Shown here: piece by piece, positions 11,095 through 24,183 of the stretch
Position numbering within the stretch: position 1 is the first letter of the stretch
Layout: each line of letters begins with the position of its first letter
Source of the DNA: Squalus acanthias
Taxonomy: Eukaryota
DNA length: 64,000 nucleotides
Reading direction: 5' to 3'
NCBI GenBank assembly: GCA_030390025.1
Contig: CM059432.1
Coordinates: forward strand, 133,550,001 to 133,614,000
Program-made: the position numbers and the translations under genes
Notes under the pieces: model-generated
Seen by the model: only the letters and a program-made list of their open reading frames with translations
The model's database searches: none
What the model was told of the DNA's origin: nothing

Positions 11095-11725
11095 GCAACA
11101 GGAGTAGGCCATTCAGCCCCTCGAGCCTGTTCCGCCATTCAATTAGATCGTGGCTGATCTATATCGCAGCTCCATTTCCCCACCTTGGTTGCCTAACCCT
11201 TAATACCCTTGCCTTACAAAAAACGATCGATCTCAGTTTTGAAATTTTCAGTTAACCTCCAGCCTCAACAGCTTTTTGGGGAGCATACGAACATACGAAT
11301 TAGGAGCAGGAGTAGGCCACTCGGCCCCTCGAGCCTGCTCCGCCATTCAATAAGATCATGGCTGATCCGATTACTCCACATTCCCGCCTACCCCCGCTAA
11401 CCTTTCACCCCCTTGCTTATCAAGAATCTATCTACCTCTGCCTTAAAAATATTCAAAGACTCTGCTTCCACCGCCCTCTGAGGAAGAGAGTTCCAAAGAC
11501 TCACGACCCTCTGTGAGAAAAAAATTCTCCTCATCTCTGTCTTAAATGGGCGACCCCTTATTTTTAAACAGTGACCCCTAGTTCTAGATTCTCCCACAAG
11601 AGGAAACATCCTCTCCACATTCACCCTGTCAAGACCCCTCAGGATCTTATATGTTTCAATCAAGTCACCTCTTACTCTTCTAAACACCAGCGGATGCAAG
11701 CCTAGTTCCAGATCTCCACTACCCC
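11095..11725 (-). mobile_element. Two nested CR1 3' ends
   Basis: Two CAGGAGTAGGCCA..GCCCCTCGAGCCTG tails (~11098, ~11307); ORF 11397..11699 RGDLIETYKILRGLDRV..TRGH..WNSLP. Confidence 0.9.
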
Positions 11726-12479
11726 GTGGTCCTATTCTGTAGCTAGGTCTCTGAAGCCACTTTTTATGGCCTACTGGGAAGAGCTGTCGGTCAGCCGGGC
11801 ACTGGGCTGTCCAATATTGCGCTGGCCCTAAACCGGTGAGCTGTAACGGAACTCTCGCTGGCGACGGGTAGCTCGCCAGTTGTGTTGAAATGAGACCCGG
11901 TCCACAAAATAGTCCAGGCCTCCCTGCTGCATCCCTCGGGCGCCCAAATGATGAAATACCTCCCTTAAGACATTTAAGAGCCCTCCGACGTTAAAAACGG
12001 ATTACCTTATTTCAATAAAAAGGCTTTATTTAAAATGAAACTGCAAGAATTATGCACTCCAACTTTAATTTAAAAAGAATTAAAATGAGTAATTCTGAAT
12101 GAAGTGAAACATGTCCCATTGACACAGTGAAAGGGACACCCGGGAAATTATGGGAATTGGAGCGGGAGGAAAGTGCAAACAAAGCTCAAAAAAAGAAAAT
12201 TGGGAGCAGGACATGTTACGCCTGTAACACAGCAGCGTGTTGCCCATATACACACACAAAGAGCTCTCAGATGCTGTTATTTATGCTTCATAACAATAGA
12301 TCGGGGACTCGGGTGGAAAGCGACAGATTGGGTCTTAGGTGGCACGTCATGAAGTGGTAGATCAGGACTCAGTACTTAGAAGGTGGAAGATTCGGAGTTG
12401 GGTTATTTAGAGTGAGAATGCTTCACTGAAAGACTCTGGCCCACTTTAACCACTGGCAGCAGACAACTCACCCACCAAT

Positions 12480-13113
12480 GCCCTTACCTCAGCCCACATA
12501 TTGATGAAATCCTCATCTATGCCTTTGTCACCTCCATACTCAACTGTTCCGATGCTCTTCTGATCAGCCTTCCAGCCTACGCGCTCCTGAACCTCAGCTC
12601 ATCCAAAACTCTGCTGCTCCACAAAGTCCCCCTTTCCCACCACCCCTGTCCTCACTGATCTACACTGGCTCCTTCCACCGCACCCACCCCCGTCACGATG
12701 CCTCAAATTTAAAATCTCATTCTCATGTTTAGATCCCTGCATGGTCTTACCCCTTCTTATCTCTACAATCTCCTACAGCCCTAAAACCACCCTCTCTCCT
12801 GCCTGAACTCTCCGTTCCTTTAACTCTGGCCTCTTGTGCATCCCTCCCCCTTTTTCCCCACCTTTGGCTGCTGTACCTTCAGCGGCATAGACCTCACACT
12901 CTGGAAATCCCTCCCAAAACTCCTCTGCCTCTCCGCCAGCCTCTGCTCCTTTAAGGCCCTCAAAACCCATCTCATTGACCGAGCTTTTGGTCATCTCTCC
13001 TGATATCTCCTTCTTTGGCTTGGGGTCCATTTTCTTCCATATGTCTCTGTGAAATGCTCTGGGTCATTTTTCTTTTTACATTATAGGCACTATATAAATG
13101 GAAGTTGTTGTTG
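12480..13113 (+). mobile_element. Decayed L2 3' fragment
   Basis: ATCCAAAACTCTGCTGC, CTACACTGGCTCC, GGCACTATATAAATGGAAGTTGTTGTTG. Confidence 0.85.
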
Positions 13114-13739
13114 ATAATGATAGGCAAATGCAATATTCAGTGTGCCATCATTCCAGAGCAAGTCAGATAAGTGAAATAAATGTCTTCCTTTTGGAACAGC
13201 AACAGGAACGGGCTCCAGAAATGTTGTCCCTTTCTGATATTGTGAGACTATAAACTGAACAGCCTTTAATATTTATCACAACATGAGTAATTCAATGCTG
13301 TCTCCTTATGTTCTGCTGAATGTTGAAATTCTGAGAAATGCGTCTTTGCCTATGTTGTTTCTGAGGTGATAAATTAGAATAAGCAGCACCCCCTGTTGTC
13401 TGTCTCTTATCTTTGTTTTAATTTGAAAATAAAATGTTACGCTCTAAATGTTATACTTGGCTCATGTTAAGTCCTGGTTTCACAATCCTGATGCTGAATC
13501 TGTTCTGAATACCCAAATCGTCGGTCTTTATATCAGAGTGGGTTTCAGGGGCAATGGGCACAACCACCTAACTCGGCTGGCATTCATTTATTCTTGTTTA
13601 CTAAGTTTACAATGAACTTGCTCGCATCTTAGTGCATCTCTCAGAAACGCCTTAAAGCAATTCACATACAATCGGTTATTTTATGAATTTGTGCTCCTGC
13701 GCAGCAGTGCAAATTCACTAAATTTACCCCACAATCGAC

Positions 13740-14036
13740 TCATTTGAATTGCAGCTGGTTTTGTGCACTGCAAGATCCCACAAACAGCAATGAGTAGTTA
13801 ATCTGATTTTGGTGGTATTGGTTAAGGGTGGAATGTTGGAAGTACATTGTTCTTATCTTAATTGTACCGTGGGATTTTTTTAAACATTTACCTAAATTCA
13901 TAGACCTCAAGCTTGCCATCCCACCCAAAGGACAGTAGCACTATCATTGTCTCAATACTGCATTGGACTGTCAGTCTTGAACTCACAACCTTCTGGCTCA
14001 GATGCAGGTGTGCTACCACCTGAGCCAAGCTGACAC
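13740..14036 (-). mobile_element. Decayed Deu-domain SINE
   Basis: Reverse-complement head (TGCTACC..CTGAGCC..GCTGACA) and CAAGATCCCACAAACAGCAATGAG. Confidence 0.7.
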
Positions 14037-15285
14037 ATTCGCACATTATGAGTTTTGATTGATTTCAGGCTTTTTTTTTTAAAAAGCAAGGACCACAGGG
14101 CAGTATTCCACATTGGTGAAAAAGAAAGCAAGCGAGTAGAGGACATAAATCAAGAGACAGTGAGTGGGTGATGTCAAGTTTTGAGTGTTAAAAGCCTGAG
14201 CATTGTTGGAGGAAGAAAAGACTGAAGAGGTAAGGAATCCTGGGAACTATAAGAGACTGTACAATGACACTTGTTTTCAATATAGTGCAAATTTAAGAAG
14301 GAGGAAGAGGGTGGCAGATGGCATATTTACAGTATAGGAAGAATAAGAGAGAGAATTCAGAGAAGCATTGATAAGATAGAGACAATAACGTGGGTGATTT
14401 TAACCCTACCCGCCCAGTGTAAACCTGGCGGGTGGACAATTAAAATTATCCAGGTCACTTACCCACCCTGGAGTCCCCAGGAGGTGACCTGCATCTATTT
14501 TAACTTGCTCCACAGAGCAGGCAGCAAGGGCACCCACCCAAAGCCATTGGGACCCGACTGCAATTTTCACTCGGAGGCCTGAGCGGAAAGCGGCAGTGAT
14601 TTTCCTGCCAGGACAACTCAGCGAGGAAGTGGATCAGGGCCAGAAGGTAACTTAAAAAAAAAAAAATCCTACTTTCCTTGTGGGGCCAGAGGAGCAAGAT
14701 TCTCTGTCCTCCCGAATGCCTCCCCACGGGGACTCAGCTTAGGTCCTCGACTGGCATCCCAGTTAGCCAAATTTGCTGCTGCCATCCGTGACCAGTAGGT
14801 GCCTCCATGGGCATGACTGGTGCTTGCAGCTCAAAGGTCCTATTTTAACGAGGCCACTGGACTAATTTCCCATGGTCCTGCACCCAGATCGTGTCCCGAT
14901 TCAGGCACAATCCAATTTCTAGGGGTGTATGTTTGAAGAAATGAAAGAAAAAATATCTTTATTGCGCTATCGAAGGGCGTGAGGAGATCAAAATGTAGTA
15001 GCCCATCAATTACAATGTGAGAAGATTGGAGGTTGTAAGTACTGAAAGCATGCAGTCTGAAGGTCTAAATAAATAAGATCAGATGTTGGGTTTGTGACAT
15101 CAAAACATGTAGACCCTCATCCCTCAAAGCCCCAATCCAATAATTCCTCTTCCCTGATAGCTCAACCTAAGAGATGAGGTTTAAAGAAGGGCCAATTCTT
15201 TGATCCTGGGAGAAATGGCAGCAGGAGCATTGCGTGCATGAGAAACTGGACTGGGTATCCCACCTCACCAGAGTTTAACAGTTTA

Positions 15286-15815
15286 ATCTCTCCTGCCTTC
15301 CATCCTATCACAGACCTTCCCTTTTGTTCTTTCCTCCCCTCCCCCTTTTCCCTGCCCCTACACTTGCTTAAAAACCTGTTCCAAAACATCTTTCGATTAG
15401 GCACTTTACAGCCTTCTGGACTCAACATCGAGTTCAACAATTTCAGACCATAACCTCTGCCTCTATCTTTTTTTTTTCTCTCTCTCACATGGCAGCTGTC
15501 GATTATTCTGCCATTTACACTTCATCTAGAGTCATCTTTTGTTTCTTAACTTGTCCCATTACCATCTCCTTTTGCCTTGCACCATCATCCCTTTTGTCTC
15601 TTAATCTCTCCTGCCTTCCATCCTATCACAGACCTTCCCTTTTGTTCTTTCCTCTCCTCCCCCCTTTCCCTGCCCCTACACTTGCTTAAAAACCTGTTCC
15701 ATCTCCAACTTTATCCAGTTCTGACGAAGGGTCATCGACCGGAAACGTTAACTCTGTTTCTCTTTCCACAGATGCTGCCTGACCTGCCGAGTATTTCCAG
15801 CATTTTCTGTTTTTA
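15286..15815 (+). mobile_element. Penelope-like element (family A) with pseudo-LTR-like direct repeat
   Basis: 11-bp TSD TTAACAGTTTA (15275-15285, 15816-15826); ~100-bp direct repeat 15284-15382 / 15602-15701 around the GIY-YIG end IFRLGTLQPSGLNIEFNNFRP. Confidence 0.9.
15717..15753 (+). ncRNA. Minimal type I hammerhead ribozyme motif (PLE family A)
   Basis: AGUU-CUGACGA-A-GGGUC auc GACCG-GAAACGUU-AACU; G.G mismatch at the base of stem II. Confidence 0.7.
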
Positions 15816-16209
15816 TTAACAGTTTACATGTTCTGCCTGTGCAACCTGAGCCTTGGATAAGGACCAGAATGAAGAGGGACCCACTGATTCCGCAGCGTGA
15901 AGCCCTTGCAAAGATAATGGGATGCCACCACTTAACGGTAAGTTAAGGAAATAAAAACATTGGAGCCTTTTTTGAGACTCGAAAATGGTCCAAGCAATTT
16001 GAGCCTTTGCAAAGGCTGTATCAGAGGGAGAACAGACAGGAGAGATTGAAAGAGCAGACAACACAATGTGCAAGTGTGAAATGGAGTCTGTGGGCAAATC
16101 GTAAATCGGCACTGCTTTCTAGCTGGTGAAGAGATACTCTGCTGCATAAGCTGGGTGTGAGGATGCTTACCATTTTGTGGAACTCTAGGGTATCCTGAAA
16201 GAAGACAGA

Positions 16210-16320
16210 CAGACAGACTTGGATTTATATAGAGCCTTTCATGACCACCGGACGTCTCAAAGCACTTTACAGCCAATGAAGTACTTTTTGAAGTGTAGCC
16301 ACTGTTGTAATGTAGGAAAT
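16210..16320 (-). mobile_element. Deu-SINE 3' end
   Basis: GACTTGGATTTATATAG..TTTACAGCCAATGAAGTACTTTTTGAAGTG. Confidence 0.8.
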
Positions 16321-16359
16321 CCTGCTCAGAGAATGGCAGTGTACCATGTCTGGTAGGAG

Positions 16360-17285
16360 GTGGTAACCAGATTGAACACTGTCCATGGTACCCGCGGGAC
16401 CTGGAGACACTTTAAGGAATCTGGCATGGTAAGACTGATCAACAGCACCATATACCAGGTAGATGATGGCACCTGCCACAGAGTGTAACCTGTCAGCCTA
16501 TTCCATGTTTATTGATTGCTCAGGCCAAGCCTTCTGGCAACCTTACATTGCATCTCATGCATGCCCATACATAAACATAGAAACATAGAAGATAGGAGCA
16601 GGAGTAGGCCATTCGGCCCCTCGAGCCTGCTCCGCCATTCGATGAGATCATGGCTGATCATCCAAACTCAGTACCCTGTACCTGCCTTCTCCCCATATCC
16701 CTTGATACCTTTAGCTTTAAGAAATATATCTAGCTCATTCTTGAATATATTTATTGATTTGGCCTCAACTACCTTCTGTAGTAGAGAATTCCACAGGTTC
16801 ACCACTCTCTGGGTGAAGAAATTCTTCCTCATTTCTGTCCTAAATGGCTTACCCCTTATCCTCAGCTGGGCAGACAGTCAAGATGTGACGTATAATTGAA
16901 AGCCCTGCCGCACTCAGGTTGGCTATACGGCGGCCATCAGTCGCCTCCTGCACTTTGGGAAATGTGGTGAGCTTAGGCGCGAGTGCCATGGTATTCAGTG
17001 GGAAAGGAGATAAGAGTACTGATCATGCTGACCAACACATCCATGCAGCACGTGATATTGCAGTACCAGCTGGCTCTGAGCCAAGAGGTGCTGTCATGAT
17101 TTCACAAGCGCCGATAGTGCTGTCGTGCGTTGCAAGTTTGCTGCAGGTATCCTTGCTGCGAATGGCAAAACTTTATCCTGCTGACACGTAGCAAGCTGAG
17201 GCAGTTTCCCTGCGACACTGGCAGGTATGTGTGCCGGGGTCTGCAGGACATTCTGGGTGCTGATGATCTCCCTGGAATGTACTCA
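16360..17285 (-). pseudogene. Highly decayed Harbinger transposase relic, split by a CR1 3' end (16570-16865, minus)
   Basis: Minus-strand peptides RMSCRPRHTYLPVSQGNCLSLLRVSR (like N-terminal RVYRPR..YL..SEQQCLRRLRLSR) and AGAIIYLVYGAVDQS (like AGFP.VQGAIDCT). Confidence 0.45.
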
Positions 17286-17576
17286 TTTTTGCACCATCTC
17301 ACAATGAAATACTATATTTGAAGCACTTTGAAAACAAATAACTTAAGGAGTGGAAAAAGGGCTGCCAATTTCATTAAAAATTATCAATAAAAAATTCAGA
17401 AATATGAAAAGAATATCCAATGACAAAAAACACTGCACCATAAAGGTAGTGGGAATATCACAATAAAACTCTACCAAAGGCTAGTTAAGAGTTCCTGCGC
17501 CCAAGTCGCTTCCCTTGATTCCATTCCAAATGGGCGCGCAAAGGAAAAAGTGCAAACCCAGCACAAATGTGGCTGG

Positions 17577-17761
17577 TACAAAAGCAAAATACTGCGGATG
17601 CTGGAAATCTGAAATAAAAACAGAAAATGCTGGAAATACTCAGCAGGTCAGGCAGCATCTGTGGAGAGAGAAGGGTCATCGACCTGAAACGTTAACTCTG
17701 TTTCTCTCTCCACAGATGCTGACTGACCTGCTGAGTATTACCAGCATTTTCTGTTTTTATT
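17577..17761. mobile_element. Short PLE family A remnant forming an inverted repeat
   Basis: 14-bp TSD ACAAATGTGGCTGG (17563-17576, 17762-17775); ~58-bp inverted arms enclosing half a hammerhead (GGGTCATCGACCTGAAACGTTAACT). Confidence 0.88.
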
Positions 17762-18686
17762 ACAAATGTGGCTGGATTGTGCTGGGCGTACACTTACACA
17801 CGTTTGCACTAAATCGGAGATCTTAATGAGGCTTGCATAGGAAGTGGGCACAAGCAAAAGAGTACAAAACTGCAGGCCCGAAAAGAACTGGCACTGTGCC
17901 CGCCCTCCCAACTCAACGCCCCCTTTGCGCCAGCTGTGCCCCCCGACTCCCCAGCACCCAATACTGCTGACCTGGCCCCAGCGTGTGCACACAGGGACGC
18001 CAGTGAGGCCGTTAACATTTGGTTGGTTGTAGTTAAATAGGGGCAAACACCTTGTTACGCTCATCTGCTCTTGATTCCTAACTCCCTTTTACAAACTTTC
18101 TAATTTACCTTCTGCTCTGTTCTCCCTCACCTTCGTGTTCTTAATAATCACCCTAATTTCATAACAGCTCACCGCCACTGGTGAACTCTGTAATGCGAAA
18201 AGAAGATAATTGCCCTGTTCCAGAAATTGCCTACTTACCCCTGGTTTTCAGATTGAAGTCAACAGAGAGAGAAAAAAAAACTGGAGATGGTGCAAACATG
18301 TTTGTCGGTATAAGAATCTTATTTCCTTTTTTTTCCCCCCTCCAAACACATCTGTTTTACAGTATTCAGTAATCAAAGCGGTGTAACACAGCACTGGTTT
18401 AATCTCTACACACCCTCCTAAAAGGCTCGGAAAGGTTGCAAGGTCTGCCTTTTAAAAGAAAACCATCTGCTTCTTGCTCCATCCTTTTCAGCGCACCGAT
18501 CAATTGCTGTTTTTGTTACTTCCTTCCAACCGCCACCTGTACCATTGGAGAGCAGCAGGGGGGATTACTGGAATGTGGCATTATACCTAAGAAATGGTCT
18601 GATTATTTGAGCCACCTATTAATTGATGTGCACATTTTGAATCGCAGTCCTTCAGCTAATGTAGCTGGTAGCAGGATCGAGAAGTT

Positions 18687-19382
18687 GGGGTAGAGTTTCC
18701 ACTTTGGGCGCAATTGGCAAATTGCGCTCAAAATTGCGCTAGTTTTCTGAGTTAAATTTTTTGCTCAAGTTTCCGCTCGAGCTCATTTGCTTATCGGCGA
18801 ACGTAAAATCTTCCATCAACCAGCGCAATCGGGCAGCGTTTTACAACGTATTTTTTTTGCATTAAAAAATATTCCTTGCTATATTTAAGAGTGATAACCT
18901 TTTTATTACTACAGCTGAAAATGGGTTTATCACAACAAATAAGCATTTGTGTCTAGTCCACCCGCTGTGAGTAACCTGATTTGAAATAACTGAAAATGAC
19001 TTAAAAAAAACTATATAGAACCATTTACTCGTTTCATTGGTGTGCAGTAGTCAGTTTCTTAGTAAATTAATATTTAAAAGCTTTTAAAAGGTTCCTGTTA
19101 GTGCCCATGCGGCTAAATAAACAGATACATTTTAAGAGCCTCTTCGAAGGCCCGCAAACGGGCGCAATTAGCAGAAACTCGCCAGGGTGATTAATTCGAT
19201 CCAGGGGCGTGGCCAGTTTTGTGGGCGGGGCCAGATCCCAGCGCGACGCTTTTTTTAAACCAGCGCAAAAGATCGCGGAAAATCGATTTGCGCTGAACGT
19301 AATTTGCGCTTGAAATTCCGCGATCTTTTGCGCTGGTTTGGCCGCTTTTGGGCGAATGACACCCTAGCGGAAACGCTACACC
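18687..19382 (+). mobile_element. PIF/Harbinger-type MITE, complete
   Basis: TIRs GGGGTAGAGTTTCC / GGAAACGCTACACC; GTT on both flanks. Confidence 0.82.
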
Positions 19383-20116
19383 GTTGCACTTAATTCAGTG
19401 GGGGTCAGAAAGGACAGTATCCTGAAAACACCAGGGAAATCGATGCCCTCCCTCTCCTGATCAACAGGGAACTGGTAGGTTCAGACTGGATGGAATTGCC
19501 ACCTGCTATTAAACTGCTGGAATGAACGCACAGAACAAAAAATGGGTGAAGTATTTTTTTATTTTAACCCTATTTTCCACTTTCAGACTTGCCACTAAAT
19601 AATACGCAAGTGTATTTGTCAATACGGAAGCAGACAATTGCTGAGCAGACAAAACAAAATGGCATAATGTTACACCAGCACATGGGCCTGTGCACAGCCA
19701 ATTTATTTAGCTGAAAACTGTACATTCACATATATATTTTATGAAGTCACTGTGCATTTTGATTGCACGGTGCTTGCCGGAGGAATGCAGATATACATCC
19801 AGGATTCTTGACGTGACTGTGCTTGCGCTGGAAGCACTGTGGGCCAAGGGATTGATGCAATTTGTTTGGTCTTGATTACTGGGGATTAGTTAGGTCTGGA
19901 GACCGGGGAAGAGGCTCTGCATAGTAGTGGCCATGTTGGTTTGGTTTTGTTGTCATTTTCTTAAAGGGATAGTTCAATAAGCTGCTCATTTGGATATTTC
20001 TGAATAAATTTGACTTGGATTTAGTAGCAACCTTGAAAAACGCTTTGGGAGTTGGAATATGGGTCGCACAGATGTTGAAGGACTTGATACCAACAGAGGA
20101 CAGTAACAATATCACA

Positions 20117-20948
20117 GGGGGTGATTTTGTTAATGGGGGCGCGTTGGAGGTGGGACTGCTGCTTGTCGGGTCGATGTCCCGCCTCCATCGATTTGTGGCC
20201 AACCCACACTATTTTCCCTTGATTGACCTGGTTAAGCCTGCCCAGCGGGCTTAGCAGGCCAATTAAGGGAAAGCCGGCTGCAGAGAACGTCAATGTATGA
20301 CGTTTCATCTGTCAAGAATTTTTGACAGATGAATTGTCATCGTTTGACAGCTCTGTGAAGCTGTCAAACACTGACATTCTCTGTAGTTTGATGAGGTCTT
20401 GAATTCATGACCTCATCAAACTTCTTTCTTTTACAGAAATGAGATGGTTGTTGCATCTGAGATTGCAACGGCCATCTGCAACACGGAGGTCCGAGACTCT
20501 CCGCATACACGCCGACTGAAGCCTGCAGGGAAAAACAAAGGTAAGTACACTTTTACTAACACTTTGCACTTACCTCAGATACTCACCTCTACACTCTTGC
20601 ACCCATCACTTACCTTCACAGCACACTTTTGCACCCCCCACCCCCGACCCCCGCAGACCCAGTACTCGGCTCGCTGACCTGGGGGGTTTTGGAGCCTTCG
20701 GGAAGCCCGCACTTGTGAGGGCAAAAAGGGGATAATCCTATTTTCTGCCTGTTAACTACCTGTTAACAGGCAGTTAATAGGCTTTAATCCCTTCCCGCCT
20801 CCAAGGAGACGGAACCCAGCATGGGACGGCTACCCGCCTCCTGGCAAGATGGCACGGAGGTGGGTTGGGCACCCGCCCCCAAATTCTGCCATTTTCCCGG
20901 CAGTCCCGCCTCCATACCCGCCTCCCCAGGGCTGGCAGAATCGCGCCC
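20117..20948. mobile_element. PIF/Harbinger-type non-autonomous element
   Basis: TIRs GGGGGTGATTTTG / CAGAATCGCGCCC; 3-bp TSD ACA. Confidence 0.78.
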
Positions 20949-21271
20949 ACAAACTCCAACATGAGCTGTGAGTAATGCGAGTTGCATATAGGGTGCAATG
21001 GGACAGCTTCACACCAGGAGGGCTCCCACAATCCTACTGCCAAACAAAGCAACCTAGCCCAAGATTGAAGTGGGCAGACACACAGAAGGCAGATTACCTG
21101 GGTAGACAGTTGATAGATCCAATCACACACTATCCAAAGTGGTTCTTGAGGTAATTCCTTCAAAGGACAATAATTAACTCCTGGGAGAGCTGCATTCTTC
21201 ACGAGCTTCAGTGCGACTAAGTTAGCTCAAAGAGGAGAGGCACAATTATAAAGAGACCACCATCATTCAGA

Positions 21272-21559
21272 TTTCAGGCTGCAACAGGGGATATCAGCAA
21301 CATCAGTCAGTCTGCAATCCATGCTTGCATTAAGCAGGTGGCTGATGCCATGTTTGCAGAAGCAAACAAATCTATTGCATTCCCCTTGGGACAACCAGAA
21401 ACAGTAGGATAGGGCTCCGGTGCAGGCTTCCCCCAAGTTCAGGGCGTCATTGACTGCACTCTCATGGCCATGAGGGCTCCTGCAAATAAGCTCACAGCCT
21501 TCATGAACCACAAGGGCTTCCATTCCATTAATGTACAGCTGGTGTGCGTTCACCAATAG
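21272..21559 (+). pseudogene. Harbinger (DDE_Tnp_4/HARBI1-like) transposase fragment
   Basis: Hand translation FQAATGDISNISQSAIHACIKQVADAM..*GSGAGFPQVQGVIDCTLMAMRAP..AFMNHKGFHSINVQLVC; one internal stop; missing from the ORF track. Confidence 0.85.
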
Positions 21560-21624
21560 TGCATGGTCTGTGTCATCTGACGTACATAGGACCCCAATAT
21601 CATTTTTGAATGATAACGCAAGGT

Positions 21625-22700
21625 GCCTGTGCCTGGTGTCCCCCAAGGATCTATCCTTGGCCCCGTCCTATTTCTCATCTACATGCTGCCCCTCGGTGAC
21701 ATCATCCGGCAACACAACGTGAGTTTTCACATGTACGCTGATAATACCCAGCTCTACCTCTCCTCCACCTCTCGCGACCCCTCCACTGTCTCTATACTAA
21801 CAGGCTGCTTGTTCGACATCCAGCATTGGATGAGTAGAAATTTCCTCCAATTAAATATCGGGAAGACCGAAGCCATTGTCTTCGGTTCACGCCACAAACT
21901 CCATTCCCTTTCCACTGATTTGATCTCTCTCCCCGGCAACTGTCTAAGGCTGACCAAGTCTGTTCGCAACCTTGGTGTCATATTTGATCACGAATTGAGA
22001 TTCCTATTTCATATCCGTTCTATCACTAAGACCGCCCATTTCCACCTTCGTAATATCACCTGTCTCCACCCTTACTTCAACTTCTCTGCTGCCGAAACCC
22101 TCATCCATGCCTTTATCACCCCTAGACTTGACTATTCCAAAGCACTCCTGGCCGGCCTCCCCAGTTCTACCCTCCATAAACTTGAGGTCATCCAAAACTC
22201 TGCTGCCCGTGTGCTGACTCGCGCCAAGTCCCACTCGCCCATCTCCCCTGTGCTTGCTCACCTACACTGGCTCCAAATTAGGTAACAACTCAATTTTAAA
22301 CTTCTCATCCTTGTTTTCAAATCCCTCTGTGGCCTCACCCTTCCTTATCTCTCTAATTTCCTCGAGCTCTATAATGCCCTCGACCTCTGTGCTCCACCTA
22401 TTCTGGCCTTTTGAACATCCCCAATTTTAAATGCTCTACTATTGGCGGTCGTGCCTTCAGCTGTCCAGGTCCGAAGCTCTGGAATTCTCTCTCTAAATCT
22501 CTCCGCCTCTCCACTTCTCTTTCCTCCTTTAAGACGCTCCTTAAAACCTACCTCTTCGACCAAGCTTTTGGTCATCTGCCCTAACATCTCCTTATATGGT
22601 TCAGAGTCAAATTTTGTTTATTTTTATAACACTCTTGCAAAGCACCTTGGGATGTTTTATTACATTGAAGGCACTATATACATATAAGCTGTTGTTGTTG
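21625..22700 (+). mobile_element. L2 LINE, RT domain C-half plus 3' end
   Basis: [48 protein letters not shown]; (TTG)n tail. Confidence 0.95.
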
Positions 22701-23611
22701 TGAAAGCCCGTTCCCTCTCAGCAGTGCGTAAAGCAGCCAAACCAACAGTTCTTAAAGGGACCGTGGGAGTCCGCTCGGAAACTGCTGCAGCTTATGTGTT
22801 TTTAAGGCTTATCATGAGGCCACATGAGGAGTATGAATGCAGCTCCCGTGTCTCCTCAAAGATCTTCCTGCCTGCTGCCGGATGTTCCATCAGCGTCCCC
22901 CTCTTCCCCCAACTCCCAATTGCCTGGCCTTCTCCTCTAAATTACAACTGCTGGTTCAGTTCAGGGGAGATGCCACCAGATCTCAAGTCTGAATGCAAGG
23001 CTTTCTTTCTTTATATGGTGTAGCATTGAACTATACCAAGCAGGAAGGTTGCAGGGTCAGTTCCTGGTCTCTGCTGAGTGAACCAAGTTTAGCCGGGGCA
23101 GGAGGGGGACATTACAGTTGACTTCAGTGGTCCCAGAGAAAGGGAAAAAAACCCAGCCATTGTTTCTGCTCCTGATCACTGTAATAGAAACATAGAAAAA
23201 TAGGAGCAGGAGTAGGCCATTCGGCCTTTCGAGCCTGCTCCACCATTCAATATGATCATGGCTGATCCTTTATCTCAATACCATATTCCCGCTCTCTCCC
23301 CATACCCCTTGATGCCTTTTGCGTCGCAAAATCTATCTATCTCCTTCTTAAATATATTCAGTGACTTGGCCTCCACAGCCTTGTGTGGTAGAGAATTCCA
23401 CAGGTTCACCACCTTCTGAGTGAAGAAATTTCTCCTCATCTCAGTCCTAAATGTCTTACCCCGTATCCCGAGACTGTGACCCCTCATTCTAGACCCCCCC
23501 AGCCAGGGGAAACATCCTCCCTGTATCCAGTCTGTCTAGCCTGCTGGAAGTGCACATGTGTGGATCACCGGCGAGGGTTAAGCTTGGCTCTGAAGGCTTC
23601 CAGTTAAATAG

Positions 23612-24183
23612 CCATGATGTGGAGATGCCAGTGTTGGACTAGGGTGGACAAATGTGAGAAGTCGCACAACACCAGGTTATAGTCCAACAGCTTTATTTGA
23701 AATCACAAGCTTTCGGAGCGCTGCTCCTTCATCAGGTGAAGTGAAGAGATGCATATAGTCACAGCATATATAGTCAGAGAACACTGCCAGATGATTACAG
23801 TTAATCTTTCCAACTGCCCTTTATCACACCTCGGCAGAGAGATAATCACGGCAATCAAAGGTGTGGATGGTGTCCAAACAGGTCAGTCAGGAAAACATTA
23901 CATCAAAGACAATGAGGTGGGGTCACAAGGGGTCAATGTGGCAGATGCTGGGGTCTGTATGGAAAACAAAAAACTTTTTTTGCTGGAAATCACAGCAGGT
24001 CCGGCCGCATCTGTGTAGAGAGAACAAGCCAACGACGACTCGAGTCTGGATGACTCTACGTCAGGTGGGGTTACATGTAGCGTGACATGAACCCAAGATC
24101 CCGGTTGAGGCCGTCCTCATGGGTGCGCAACTTGGCTATCAGTTTTTGCTCGACGATTTAACCTGGTGTTGTGCGACTTCTCA
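23612..24183 (-). mobile_element. Penelope-like element (family B) with nested third-family PLE remnant (23928-24062)
   Basis: TSD CAGTTAAATAG (23601-23611, 24184-24194); minus-strand IVEQKLIAKLRTHEDGLNRDLGFMSRYM* (GIY-YIG C-terminus); short inverted terminus; inner TSD AGGTGGGGT(C/T)ACA. Confidence 0.85.
23703..23739 (-). ncRNA. Minimal type I hammerhead ribozyme motif (PLE family B), intact
   Basis: UCAC-CUGAUGA-A-GGAGC agc GCUCC-GAAAGCUU-GUGA. Confidence 0.8.

Noticed and set aside
16170..16194. 24-nt minus-strand mini-exon with good splice sites
   Set aside because: Acceptor is supplied by a SINE tail; joining to the phase-1 exon makes a TGA
19876..20202. 108-aa minus ORF as a possible exon
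   Set aside because: Starts inside a MITE; no convincing acceptor/donor pair in the required phase
21272..21559. Domesticated HARBI1 gene
   Set aside because: Internal stop, truncated by L2, and diverged as expected of a transposon relic
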